Source: Spirochaetia bacterium
GTDB taxonomy: Bacteria; Spirochaetota; Spirochaetia; SZUA-6; Bin103
Direction: 5' to 3'
Assembly (NCBI GenBank): GCA_965198005.1
Contig: CBDAOI010000002.1
Location: 768,001 to 832,000 of the forward strand
Length of the DNA stretch: 64,000 nt
Shown here: positions 18,289-27,659 of the stretch, in pieces
Numbering within the stretch: the first letter of the stretch is position 1
Layout of the letters: the number at the start of each line of letters is the position of its first letter
The notes under the pieces: generated by a model
Told to the model about the DNA's origin: nothing
Database searches by the model: none
What the model saw: only the letters and a program-made list of their open reading frames with translations
Translations under genes and position numbers: made by a program

Positions 18289-19623
18289 ATGCCAGGAGCA
18301 GCAGCCCCGCAGCCGGCCACGGGCAGCCGCGCACCCAGCCGAGTGAACAACGTGCGCCCGCACGATCGACCCGTTCATGAGTGGTATCGGTTTGTGCTGT
18401 CGTTTCCGCCGCACCTGGTTCAGGATTATCTCGACCGGTTTGGCGTGCGTCCTGGGGATACGGTGCTCGATCCGTTCGCCGGCACAGGCACTACCTTGGT
18501 AGAGTGCAAGAAGCGCGGCATCGCAAGCGTCGGCATCGAGTCCAACCCGATGGCTCAGTTCGCCAGTTCCGTAAAGCTGGACTGGTCCGCCGATCCCCAC
18601 GCGTTGTCGGACTACGCTACGGCAGTGGCCGAACGAGCGCGAGTCGCGATTGGTCGCGATGGCTACGCCGACTGGACCGACTTGCCCCTGTTTGCTCGCA
18701 GAGATCAGTCCCGCGCTCCGCTGCAGACTCTCACGCCCGAGCAATGCAAACTGTTGTTGAAGGACTCGATCAGTCCCCTGCCCCTGCACAAGACACTGGT
18801 ACTGCTCGCCGCTATCGACACCTGCGGCGATTCCGCGTTCCACCGCTACGGACGGCTCGCGCTCGCGCATGCATTGGTGCGCGATGTTGGCAACCTGAAA
18901 TTCGGTCCGGAAATCGGGGTCGGCAAGCTCAAGGATGACGCGCCGGTCGTAGATTCCTGGCTCGGCCACATGCGGACAATCGTCGACGACCTCCTGCACA
19001 CACGCGATCGTGCGGAAGTCCCGGGATGCGTTCACCGGGGAGACGCCCGACAAGTCGATCAGATTCTGAGTCCGCGCTCGGTGGACGCGGTGATCACCTC
19101 CCCACCCTATCCGAACGAAAAGGACTATACGAGAACGACGCGTCTGGAATCGGTGATCCTCGGTCTGATCGGCGACGTGAGCGGTCTGCGGGAGCTCAAG
19201 CAGGACCTCATCCGCTCCAACACGCGCGGTGTTTACAAGGATGACGCGGACGATCTGGAGGTAGCCGGGCACGATGCCATTCAGAAAATCGCGAACAAGA
19301 TCGAACAACGGCGATTGGAATTGGGGAAGACCTCCGGTTTCGAGCGGATGTACTCGAGAGTCACCAAGCTGTACTTCGGCGGAATGGCGAAGCACTTTGC
19401 GGCGTTGCGTACCGTCCTCAATCCCGGTGCGAAACTCGCCTACGTCGTCGGAGATCAGGCATCCTATCTCCGGGTGATGATCCGTACCGGTTATCTGCTC
19501 GCCGACCTCGCGCAGTCGCTCGGTTACCGCGTGGAAGGCATCGATCTCTTCCGCACCCGCTTGTCCACCGCCACCGGCGAACAGCTCAGGGAAGAAGTGG
19601 TAGTAATTCAGTGGCCAGAGTGA
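18289..19623 (+). CDS. Amino-DNA methyltransferase (motif I before SPPY; probably m4C), orphan
   Basis: VHEWYRF..SFPP, VLDPFAGTGTT, VITSPPYPN, AYVVGDQ, LREEVV. True start may be GTG 18343. Confidence 0.88.
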   Translation: MPGAAAPQPATGSRAPSRVNNVRPHDRPVHEWYRFVLSFPPHLVQDYLDRFGVRPGDTVLDPFAGTGTTLVECKKRGIASVGIESNPMAQFASSVKLDWSADPHALSDYATAVAERARVAIGRDGYADWTDLPLFARRDQSRAPLQTLTPEQCKLLLKDSISPLPLHKTLVLLAAIDTCGDSAFHRYGRLALAHALVRDVGNLKFGPEIGVGKLKDDAPVVDSWLGHMRTIVDDLLHTRDRAEVPGCVHRGDARQVDQILSPRSVDAVITSPPYPNEKDYTRTTRLESVILGLIGDVSGLRELKQDLIRSNTRGVYKDDADDLEVAGHDAIQKIANKIEQRRLELGKTSGFERMYSRVTKLYFGGMAKHFAALRTVLNPGAKLAYVVGDQASYLRVMIRTGYLLADLAQSLGYRVEGIDLFRTRLSTATGEQLREEVVVIQWPE

Positions 19624-19725
19624 GCAGCTTGCTGGTATGGCTGCGGTTAGCCGCGGCAGCTTTGCTTGATCATCCTATCCGCGCCGGCTCCGCCCGACGA
19701 GCGGGCGTGTGCGGTGAATACGCGC

Positions 19726-19809
19726 GCCAATCGCCGCGTGGGCTGCGGTGATTGGCTTGTCTCAATCGCTGGACCGCGGTACCATTCGCCGCACTGGTTG
19801 CGGTGATTG
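19726..19809. promoter_or_regulatory. Two palindromic operator-like sites AWTCGCCGC(G/A)-N5-TGCGGTGATT
   Basis: 19726-19756 and 19783-19809, plus a half-site TGCGGTGAAT at 19710-19719. The second site abuts the Fic start. Confidence 0.65.
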
Positions 19810-20918
19810 TGGAGTGGATCCATGACAGGCCGGAATGGCCGCAGTTCACCTGGGACGACGCGGCCCTGACGAGCGCGCTCGCGGACGTGCGCCATCGGCA
19901 GGGCCGGCACCTCGGCAGGATGGAGGCGCTCGGATTCGACGTCCGGGCCGAAACGAGCGTTTCCGCGCTCACCGACGAGGTGGTGCGCTCCTCGGCCATT
20001 GAGGGCGAGCACCTCGACCCCGGCGAGGTGCGCTCGTCGATCGTCCGCCGGCTTGGCCTCGACGCCCCCGGCCTGCCCTCCCCGGGGGGCGGAGTCGAGG
20101 GGGCGGTTGCGATGACGCTCGACGCGACGCGCAACTTCGAGTCGCCACTCACGGCAGAGCGCCTGCATGGCTGGCACGCGGCGCTGTTTCCGACCGGACG
20201 CAGCGGCATGATTCGCATTACCGTGGGAGCTTGGCGCACCGACCAGGCCGGTCCGATGCAGGTGGTCTCGGGTCCTGTCGGCACAGAGCGGGTGCACTAT
20301 CAGGCGCCTGCCGCCACGCGGCTCGAATGCGAGATGCAGCGCTTCCTCGAGTGGTTTGCAACCACTCCGATCGACCCCGTGCTCAAGGCCGGCGTCGCCC
20401 ACTTCCGGTTCGTGACGATTCATCCGTTCGACGACGGCAACGGTCGTATCGGCCGCGCCATCGCCGACCTCGCGCTGGCACAGGCGGATGGCACGAAGGA
20501 ACGCTTCTACAGCATGTCGAAAGGCATCGCGGCGCGGCGCGCGGCGTATTACCGCCAGCTTGAAGCGGCCCAGCGAGGCGACCTCGACATCACCGCGTGG
20601 CTGCTGTGGTTCCTGGGTTGCCTCGACCAGACCATCCGGGACGCCGGCACTCAGCTCGCTGCGGCGCTCGACAAGGCGAAGTTGCGGCAGCGGATCATCC
20701 GGCACCCATTGAACGAACGGCAACGCACGATCATCGACCGGCTGCTCGACAACTTCCAGGGCCATCTCACCACGTCGAAGTACGCCAAGCTCGCCAAGTG
20801 CTCGAACGACACCGCACTGCGCGACCTCCGTGACCTGCTCGCGCGCGCAATCATCGCCCGCAACCCCGGCGGCGGACGCAGCACCAGCTACCGGCTTGAA
20901 ACACGACTCTCGCAGTAG
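19809..20918 (+). CDS. Fic family protein (DUF4172 N-terminus, C-terminal HTH)
   Basis: WIH..P.WPQF.WD, SSAIEGE, Fic motif HPFDDGNGRIGR, C-terminal KYAKLAKCS.DTALRDL..GGRSTSY. Confidence 0.93.
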   Translation: MEWIHDRPEWPQFTWDDAALTSALADVRHRQGRHLGRMEALGFDVRAETSVSALTDEVVRSSAIEGEHLDPGEVRSSIVRRLGLDAPGLPSPGGGVEGAVAMTLDATRNFESPLTAERLHGWHAALFPTGRSGMIRITVGAWRTDQAGPMQVVSGPVGTERVHYQAPAATRLECEMQRFLEWFATTPIDPVLKAGVAHFRFVTIHPFDDGNGRIGRAIADLALAQADGTKERFYSMSKGIAARRAAYYRQLEAAQRGDLDITAWLLWFLGCLDQTIRDAGTQLAAALDKAKLRQRIIRHPLNERQRTIIDRLLDNFQGHLTTSKYAKLAKCSNDTALRDLRDLLARAIIARNPGGGRSTSYRLETRLSQ

Positions 20919-21569
20919 CAGCAAAATGAATCCCTGCTCTCGCATCAGGAATTCGTGAATCACTGTCTTGAGCTCCGAACTCACCCGGTTCCACGTTGGT
21001 CGATGGGCCATCCTGTCGACTGATTTCCAAGGATGCGCCCCGACGTCTGACCGAACGACTGGGCAGGTCGGTTGGCACTGACGCCCGATCCGCTGGTCGG
21101 CGGTGGTGGTGACCCCGGTGGCGCCGCGCCGGTATCCGATCTCCCGGTGCACCCAACTGACGACCTGGTTGACCGCTGCCAGCAGGGAGTCGGCGGCGTC
21201 GGGGTGTTCCGCGACCTGCAGCGCATCGGCTACGCGATCCAGTTCACGGTGCCGGCGGCAAAATCCATTCGGGAGGCCGACAAGATCTGGGCCGCGATCC
21301 TCGCCAGTGTACGGCGCGTCGAGTCTGATGAATAGCGCGCGCGATGGTCATGTATAATTGTGAAGCTGCAGAATCCGTAGCCCGGGCTCGGCCGGCAGAT
21401 CGCGATCGTTGGTCAACCCGCAGGCACAATCGCGGTACCGCACCACCAACAAACCCAGCAGGGTAAGACTCGAGGTGACCACTCGGCGCCGACCGGCAGC
21501 AGAGAGGCTCCGCACACCCAGGGTCGAGTTTGACCAGCCCTTGCCAAGATCGACACGTTCGTACGTCGG

Positions 21570-22754
21570 CTAGCCCTTGAAAAGGTCGGCGTTCTTCGGG
21601 CTCCCGAGGAACCCGGTCAACGAGGTATACTCGATGCCGCGAGCCGCGAATGGCTGGTCAATCGGGGCCACCACCCACCGCCGCTCGATCTGCAGATCCT
21701 CGACAGAGATCCAGAAACCGCGGTCGACCTTTGGCGCGGTCGATGCCTTGAATTCGACCGCTACTCTACTGGATCCCGTCTCCAGCAGCAGATCGATCTC
21801 CGCGCCGTGGGAGGTTCGGTAGAAACTGTAGCGAACCTCCGGCCGCAGCGCCGCGACGATATTCTCGATGCACAGAGACTCCCACGCATACCCGAAAACC
21901 TGGTGGCCGGCGGCCGCGTTCCAGTCGGGAAGTCTCAGCAGCACCAGCAGCAAGCCCGTGTCGCGCAAGTAGAGCTTTGGCGAACGGATCAGCCGTTTGC
22001 GAAGATTGGCGTGGAACGGCTGTAATCGTCTGACCACGAACGCGCCCTCGAGGGCGTCCAGGTAGAGACGCACCGACTTGGCATCCAGCGCGAGCGAGTT
22101 GGCGATGCCGTTCATGTTGAGCAGCTGCCCGTGGGAGTGGGCCGCCATCTGCAGTAGCCGGTCGGCCGTCGGCGGCGAGAGGCGGGGGTTCAGCGCCAGC
22201 AGGTCGCGCTCCAGGAACGTCCGTACGAAGTCAAGACGCCACTGGAAGCTCTGCGCATCGTCGAGCGCCAGCAGACTGCGGGGATAACCGCCGCGGTTCA
22301 GATAGGCGTTGAGGTCTGTCAGCCCGGGCCGGTCTGCCACCTCGCCCCATAGAAACGGCGTAAGCTCCAGGTAGCTGATGCGGCCGGCCAAAGACTCGGA
22401 GCTCTGGCGAATGAGGTCCCTCGCAGCCGAGCCGAGGATGAGGAACTGGCCCGGGCGGCCATCGCGGTCGACCCAGTACCTGATAACCGGAAACAGCTCC
22501 GGCCGCCTCTGTATCTCGTCGATGCAGACCAGCCGCTCCGAGTTGGCTGCGAAGAAGGCCTCCGGGTCATCGAGTCGGAGAAGGTCGCCTGGGCGCTCCA
22601 GATCCAGCCGCAACAGCCGCGGGTCCTCTGCTGCGTGCATCCGTGCCAAGGTCGATTTTCCAGCCTGTCTGGGGCCGAGGATCGCGACCACTGGTGAGAC
22701 CGCTAACATGGCTCGGAGGGAGGTGTGGAGATTCCGATCCACATGACCGTGCAT
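21570..22754 (-). CDS. AAA+ ATPase, AAA_14 + DUF4143
   Basis: GPRQAGKST, IDEIQ, FLILGSA, ESLAGR, RGGYP, KRLIRSPKLYLRDTGL, YRT..GAEIDL. Confidence 0.93.
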   Translation of the reverse strand: MHGHVDRNLHTSLRAMLAVSPVVAILGPRQAGKSTLARMHAAEDPRLLRLDLERPGDLLRLDDPEAFFAANSERLVCIDEIQRRPELFPVIRYWVDRDGRPGQFLILGSAARDLIRQSSESLAGRISYLELTPFLWGEVADRPGLTDLNAYLNRGGYPRSLLALDDAQSFQWRLDFVRTFLERDLLALNPRLSPPTADRLLQMAAHSHGQLLNMNGIANSLALDAKSVRLYLDALEGAFVVRRLQPFHANLRKRLIRSPKLYLRDTGLLLVLLRLPDWNAAAGHQVFGYAWESLCIENIVAALRPEVRYSFYRTSHGAEIDLLLETGSSRVAVEFKASTAPKVDRGFWISVEDLQIERRWVVAPIDQPFAARGIEYTSLTGFLGSPKNADLFKG

Positions 22755-22818
22755 TTAGGGATTCATAGACCATAATTACACGCTTGTCCATGTTCTTGGG
22801 GCCCCAACCGTTGTGCGC

Positions 22819-23211
22819 CCCGGCACAGCATGGGCCCGAGCGCCGGTTGGGCGGGACCAGACGGCGTGCTCTCGCCAGGATTGGCCAAATCAACGATCCA
22901 ATCGTATATTTGCACACAACATGCTGCTGGCAGAATCTCCTCTTGATGCCGTCACCCAGACCCTGGCGGGGCGCACCGGCGTCCTGCGCTACCACTCTCT
23001 CCCGGCACAGCATGGGCACCGATCGCGCCGGTGCACACTGGGCGGGACCAGATCTGGCGCCGACTACGTGCAGACCAAATATCTGCGATCTCGACTGGTA
23101 CGTGCTAACCGACGGCGCGTACAACCTCCGGCGCCGGACGCCGCCGGGATTCTCCACAGCCGCACGTTCCCTGGTCTGCGCAACGATCCAATCGTATATT
23201 TGCACACAACA
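22819..23211. repeat. Interleaved direct repeats A-B-A-B
   Basis: A: CCCGGCACAGCATGGGC...TGGGCGGGACCAGA at 22819-22861 and 23001-23052. B: exact 31-mer CAACGATCCAATCGTATATTTGCACACAACA at 22891-22921 and 23181-23211. Confidence 0.85.
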
Positions 23212-23260
23212 CTGCCGGCTCCCGGTAAGCGGCGGCGCACGCGCCCCAGGACGATTCCCG

Positions 23261-23827
23261 CTACTTCACGGACTCGATCGTTACCCGAACCTCGTCCAGC
23301 AGCACGCCCCAGGTCTTGCCGGGATGGTCGCGCAGGTCGTGCACCACCAGATCGAAGGTCAACCGGGTTGCCTGCCCGGCGCGCACCTCCACGGCGACCC
23401 GCGCCGGGGAGAGCTCCAGCGGCACCTCGACCGCGTCTCCGCTCAGCACCACGCCGCGCGCGCCCGCCACCAGCAGATCGGCCGCGTCGTAGCGCGCCGC
23501 GGCCACCGCTGCCCGGACCAGCTCGTAGGTGGCGCCGTCCCGGTAGCGGGTCAGGTCCACTTCGTGCCCGGGCGCCTGCAGCACCACCCAGCCCTGCTCC
23601 GGCACCCGGCCGCGCTGGTGCAGCCGGGCGCCGTCGACCGCCACCACCAGGGAAGAGAAGTCGTCGATCGCCTCGCGGTGGTCGGTGATCAGCACCACCA
23701 CCTCGCCGGTCTCGGTCGCCGCCTCCGCGCCGCCGCCGGCGGCAACGCTCAGCGCGCCCGCCAGGAACAGCACCGCGGCAACCACCGGGAGCGCCAGACG
23801 GACGAACCTCAGCCGGTCCTCGTACAC
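23261..23827 (-). CDS. Exported DUF4382-like protein
   Basis: SD GGAGAGG before GTG 23827; signal peptide; G.VVVLITD...IDDFSSLVV.V, VDLT.Y, LTFDL. Confidence 0.65.
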   Translation of the reverse strand: MYEDRLRFVRLALPVVAAVLFLAGALSVAAGGGAEAATETGEVVVLITDHREAIDDFSSLVVAVDGARLHQRGRVPEQGWVVLQAPGHEVDLTRYRDGATYELVRAAVAAARYDAADLLVAGARGVVLSGDAVEVPLELSPARVAVEVRAGQATRLTFDLVVHDLRDHPGKTWGVLLDEVRVTIESVK

Positions 23828-23849
23828 CTGTTTCCTCTCCTCTCCTGCG

Positions 23850-24219
23850 GATGACGTGTCTGCGGATGACGTGGATCGAACAGAATGATGCCGTGGTCGC
23901 AGATGTCCAGCAGAAGCCAGGGCGTATCCGCCAGCTCGGTCTCGGAACGGAACACCGGGAACGGCTCGGTCGGGATCTGGTGCGCGTGCAGCTCCCGTAC
24001 CAGCGGATGGTCCCGCAACTGCAGCGCCGCTTCCAGGAATGCCGCGAACACGGCGGCACGTTCGCCGCGATGGACCACGAACAGATCGACGTCGCTCGCT
24101 GCGTGCGCCTGCCCGCGGGCAACCGAGCCGTACACGGCCACCGCCGACACGCGCTCCCCGAGCCGGACGCGCACCGGCCAGGTACAGGTCGAGCAGTGGC
24201 TTCAGGTCGGAGTACCCAT
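23850..24219 (-). pseudogene. Minimal nucleotidyltransferase (MNT, TA antitoxin type), frameshifted and truncated
   Basis: VAVYGSVARGQA..ASDVDL, LLLDI.DHGIILFDP. The 5-prime end is out of frame, and there is a 13-bp duplication TGCGGATGACGTG (15-bp period) at the truncated 3-prime end. Confidence 0.75.
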
Positions 24220-24589
24220 GACCCCCTTGCTGCCGGCCGGCAGACGACATCACAGCACCAGAGTATCACGAACCCGCCGCGGATGGGGGTGACGGGTCCC
24301 GCCGTGGCTGGCGGTGCCGGGCCGGCTGCGGCCGATCGCAGCAAGGCCGGAGTGGCCCGGGGCAGGCCGCCCGGCCCGATGCCGTGCCCGAACCGGCGTC
24401 TTCCTGTCTGCGACATGGCGGCATTTTTTGACTCGGCCTAGTGAACGCGATAAGTTGGACCCGATGGATGCACCATGCCAGCGCCACACGTTTCTGCTCG
24501 CTGTACGCTTCATGATCATATGTCGAAGTCTGTCCTCACAGACCGCCTTCACTGACGAGTGACCGCGAGTACGGCGAAGCATCCGGCGT

Positions 24590-25491
24590 TAAGGAAATCG
24601 ACGATGGCAGAGCTACGAACATAAAAACCCCAGTCAGGCACAAGACCGCATTTACTCGTGCAAAGAATCGTACACTTGAAATCAAGCACATGATCTTTCA
24701 CGAAGAAGGGGGACGGGGGCTTCATTTAGTACCCAACCAACAAACAAGAGACTTGGAAAGGATTCTCGCAACATTCCTTCCAGAAATGAAAGATCAATGG
24801 AGTAACCCTCCCGACGGATTTCGATTGGCAGTTGCCAGGAACCGATGCTTCCTGCTCATTGAGGAATCGGTCTCCAGCAGTCTCGGCTTTGGTATATTCC
24901 CCAGGTCAGTATTTCCTTCCAGGGAACTACGTCGAATGATTCACGTGCCCGGATTTCGTGGCAACCCCGAACGCGTCTATGCCAGGACGGCGTCGGGACC
25001 TCCTTTCCCCGGGACATTTGAGAAGTACGTGGCCACCACCATTGTGGATTGGCAGACGAATGAAGATACTCGTGTGAGACATCTCGAGGCCATGCTTGAA
25101 GACCTTGGCTTGACGCGTAGAGTGTCTGCTAAACAGGTAAACGACATGCAACTCGACTTGCAGGTCGGACGGCTAATTGCCACAGTATCGTCTGGCGCGA
25201 ATCATGGGAGATGCGGCCCAGCGCGGCGTCAAGTTGGTCGTGGAGACCCATAGCGCGTTGTTGTTGCTGCACGTGCGAACGTTGGTAGCGCAGGGTAATC
25301 TCGATCCGGGTTTGGTGAAGCTACACTGGTTCTCGCGATGCCCAGAAGATGGAGCGACCTCAATCCACAGTGTCGATCTGGATCGCGAAGGCGCCTTTGG
25401 AGATTGGCCGGAAGACTTTGGTGCGGTCGAGTTGATGGCTGAGGGTGCCTATCTCGACACGGTGGAAGCGCATCGTCAGTTGAGCGCATGA
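24590..25491 (+). pseudogene. ABC/AAA_21-type ATPase (DUF3696-like C-terminus) remnant, lower GC
   Basis: IHVPGFRGNPER.Y. After a deletion/frameshift near 25190: VVETHSALLL...VKLHWFSR...G.FGDWPEDF. Walker motifs missing. Confidence 0.7.
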
Positions 25492-25635
25492 TGAAGGCCC
25501 CCGCGTCGGTGGCGATCGCGTTGGGGCGCCGGCGATGCGCTCTGCCTTGATTCCGCCGGCCGAGTGCGTACCGGGTGCGTGACCCGGCTCTACCCGGCTC
25601 CCGGCGCCAACCGCATTCGGGTATGCTCCAGTACC

Positions 25636-27030
25636 ATGTCCAACATCACCCGCCGCCTGGCCGAATTCGCGGCCGGGCTTGGCTTCGACGACATCCCGGG
25701 CGCGGTGGTCGAGCGCGCCAAGGCCCTGGTGCTCGACCAGTTCGGGATCGCGCTGCGCGCCCGCCGCGAAGCCGCGATCGCGCCCAGCCTGGAGCGTGCG
25801 CTGGCGCGGCTCGGCCTGACCGGCGGGACCGCCACGGTGATCGGCGACGCCGTCTCCTACCCGCCGCCGGCCGCGGCGTTGTTCAACGGCACCCTCGGCC
25901 ACTGCCTGGACTTCGACGACACCCACGCGCGCGGCTCGATCCATTCCAGCGCGCCCATCGTGCCGGCGGCGCTGGCGGCTGCCGAGATGAGCGGCGCGGA
26001 CGGGCGCAGCGTCGCCGCCGGGATCATCGCCGGCTACGAGATCCAGATCCGCCTCAGCCTGGCCCTGGGTCCCAGCGCGCACTACGCACGGGGCTTTCAC
26101 CCCACCGCGACCTGCGGGGTGTTCGGGGCCGCGGCCGCGGCCGGCGGTGTGCTCGGGCTGTCCGTGGAGCAGATGGCGCGCGCGTTCGGCCTGTGCGGCT
26201 CGCAGGCGGCCGGATCGATGCAGTTCCTCCATGACGGCGCCTGGAACAAGGCGTACCACACCGGCTACGCCGCGCTGGGCGGCCTGATCGCCGCGACCAT
26301 GGCGGCGGAGGACGTGCGCGGCGCGGCCGCCGCGATTGAAGGCAGGGCGGGATTCCTGCGCGGCTACTCCCCGGACCCGCAGCCGGCACTCGCGGTCGAG
26401 GGGCTGGGGTCGGTGTGGGAAACCCTGCAAATAGCGGTCAAGCCGTATCCTTCCTGCCGCTACGGGCACGCGGCGATGGACGCGCTCATCGCACTGCGCG
26501 CCGAGCACGCGCTGGACGCGGCTGCGATCGAGACGATCGAGGCGGTGGAGATTGGGCTGCCGCGCACCGGCTGGAACATCATCGGCGACCCGGAGAGCGC
26601 CAAGCAGAACCCGCGGAACTACGTGGACGGGCAGTTCTCGATGCCGTTCGTCGCCGCGGTGGCGCTCCGCACCGGCGGTTTGGGCTGGGATGACTACGCG
26701 CGCCATCTCGTTGACCCGGTGACCATGGCGCTGTGCCGGCGCGTCCGGACCGTCGTGGATCCCGCGGTCGAGGCCGCCTACCCGGCGCACATGGGCGGCT
26801 CCGCGCGGGTGGCGGTTAGCGGGCGGAAGCTGGACCAGGTCGTGATCGTAGCCCGCGGCGAACCGGAGAACTTTCTCAGCCGGGCCGAGCTGCGGCAGAA
26901 GTTCGACGCGCTGGTCGAGCCGTACCTGGAGCCGGACCGGCGTACGCGTCTGGCCGCCGCCGCGCTCACGCTGGAGCAGTGCTCCGCACTCTCCGCGCTC
27001 CTGGCGCTGACCCGGCCGGCCGGCCCGTGA
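25636..27030 (+). CDS. MmgE/PrpD family protein
   Basis: AALFNG.LGH.LDFDDTH, GYE, RGFHPT, KPYPSCRY.H, QFSMPF, RGEPEN. Confidence 0.93.
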   Translation: MSNITRRLAEFAAGLGFDDIPGAVVERAKALVLDQFGIALRARREAAIAPSLERALARLGLTGGTATVIGDAVSYPPPAAALFNGTLGHCLDFDDTHARGSIHSSAPIVPAALAAAEMSGADGRSVAAGIIAGYEIQIRLSLALGPSAHYARGFHPTATCGVFGAAAAAGGVLGLSVEQMARAFGLCGSQAAGSMQFLHDGAWNKAYHTGYAALGGLIAATMAAEDVRGAAAAIEGRAGFLRGYSPDPQPALAVEGLGSVWETLQIAVKPYPSCRYGHAAMDALIALRAEHALDAAAIETIEAVEIGLPRTGWNIIGDPESAKQNPRNYVDGQFSMPFVAAVALRTGGLGWDDYARHLVDPVTMALCRRVRTVVDPAVEAAYPAHMGGSARVAVSGRKLDQVVIVARGEPENFLSRAELRQKFDALVEPYLEPDRRTRLAAAALTLEQCSALSALLALTRPAGP

Positions 27031-27048
27031 GCCTGCGACCGCGCTTAG

Positions 27049-27300
27049 TCAGGACAATCCCTTGTGCCGCAGCACGTTGAGCGCCTTCCATTCGAGCAGC
27101 GGCTGGGCTTGGATGCGTTTCTGAAGCGAGCGATCGGAGGTCAGAATCGTCGCGTCGATTTCTCCTGTCTCCAGCAGCAGATCGAGGAACGCGCGCTCAG
27201 CGTCCTTGAAGGGCAACACCGCTGACAACCCTCGCCGGCATTCTTCGACCAGGGTCTTTCCATAGGTCGCCGCCTCCTCACGCCCTCCGATCACACCGAT
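27049..27300 (-). pseudogene. C-terminal shard of an AbiEii-like nucleotidyltransferase toxin
   Basis: VLPF.DAERAFLD.L...GEIDA..LT.D..LQ.RI..QP.L.WKA.NV. Confidence 0.6.
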
Positions 27301-27384
27301 ATGGAGCGACGGCACCTGATCGGCGGGGTGGCGCGGGTGGGAGGTCTGTTGTCGGGCGTGATCGGAACCCGTAGACTGCCTCTC

Positions 27385-27630
27385 ATGGCAGGCGACAGCA
27401 ACAGCGAGTTGCGCGGGTTTGTCGAACGGTGGCGGATAGCCGGTGCCCGGCTGGCGGCGTTGCGCCGCGCGCAACTCCGTCACGTCGAGGTGGCCGACCA
27501 CATCGAGTTTCTTGACGGTGCGTTCGAAGCGTCGCTCGCCGGTCCGGTGCGAACCACGTCCGGGCTGGTGCAGCAGCAGGCGATGTTTGCCGGAATGCGG
27601 GATGCGCGACGTCTTTCACCTGGCGAATGA
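27385..27630 (+). CDS. Small hypothetical protein (antitoxin-like partner of a nucleotidyltransferase); next gene truncated
   Basis: FVERW..AG..L...RR..L...SGLVQQQ.MF. Overlapped by ATG 27602 MRDVFHLANEIQSFCR, which breaks off. Confidence 0.5.
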   Translation: MAGDSNSELRGFVERWRIAGARLAALRRAQLRHVEVADHIEFLDGAFEASLAGPVRTTSGLVQQQAMFAGMRDARRLSPGE

Positions 27631-27659
27631 GATCCAGTCGTTCTGCCGCACCGAACACA

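Noticed and set aside
20920..21560. Short ORFs between Fic and the DUF4143 gene, e.g. 21072-21335
   Set aside because: Probably gene shards, but no family could be recognised.
22891..23211. 31-bp exact repeat as a mini-CRISPR
   Set aside because: Only two copies, 259 bp between them, and no cas genes.
24250..24560. GC-rich intergenic stretch as a riboswitch
   Set aside because: I could not identify conserved boxes of any known riboswitch; an Rfam scan is needed.
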